Source of the DNA: Octopus bimaculoides
Lineage: Eukaryota
Reading direction: 5' to 3'
Assembly (NCBI RefSeq): GCF_001194135.2
Contig: NC_068985.1
Span: 113,643,302 to 113,707,301, forward strand
DNA length: 64,000 nt
This document shows, piece after piece, positions 63,967-64,000 of this stretch (positions within the stretch are counted from its first letter, which is position 1; each line of letters starts with the position of its first letter). Under the pieces are notes generated by a model that saw only the letters and a list, made by a program, of their open reading frames with translations, did no database searches and was not told the DNA's origin. The translations under genes were made by a program, and so were the position numbers.

Positions 63967-64000
<34 letters not shown>
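63773..64000 (-). mobile_element. 3' half of a SINE family C copy (tail A), running off the window
   Basis: Matches 33985-34230. Confidence 0.85.

Overview
AT-rich, microsatellite- and SINE-saturated animal genomic DNA with about 15 assembly gaps. The repeat content looks like an octopus/coleoid cephalopod (inference, not verified by search). The only host gene I can support is a plexin-A-like receptor on the minus strand. Twelve GT-AG exons (63414 down to 6663, 1822 nt, 607 codons + 1 nt) splice into one uninterrupted frame covering IPT/TIG domains, the transmembrane helix, the juxtamembrane coiled coil, the first GAP half (LLRRTES) and the start of the Rho-binding domain. The gene runs off both window edges. 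The introns (0.45-19 kb) hold several tRNA-derived SINE families, a CR1/L2-group LINE 3' fragment, Tc1 and hAT transposase relics, hAT/Tc1-mariner/piggyBac-type MITEs and simple repeats. Nearly all ORFs in the supplied track are microsatellite or N-gap artefacts. I found no CRISPR, rRNA, true tRNA or prokaryotic system. The most interesting observations are: (1) a SINE whose head is joined through an internal microsatellite 'hinge' to several alternative 3' modules, one sharing its tail with the LINE in this window; (2) head-to-tail SINE arrays of mixed subtypes joined by (AAT)n; (3) a 62-bp tandem duplication of a plexin exon end that creates a second, stop-inducing splice donor; (4) a 70-bp, 97%-identical inverted copy inserted into a SINE 2.9 kb from its partner. 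These are hypotheses worth testing, not a proven new system.
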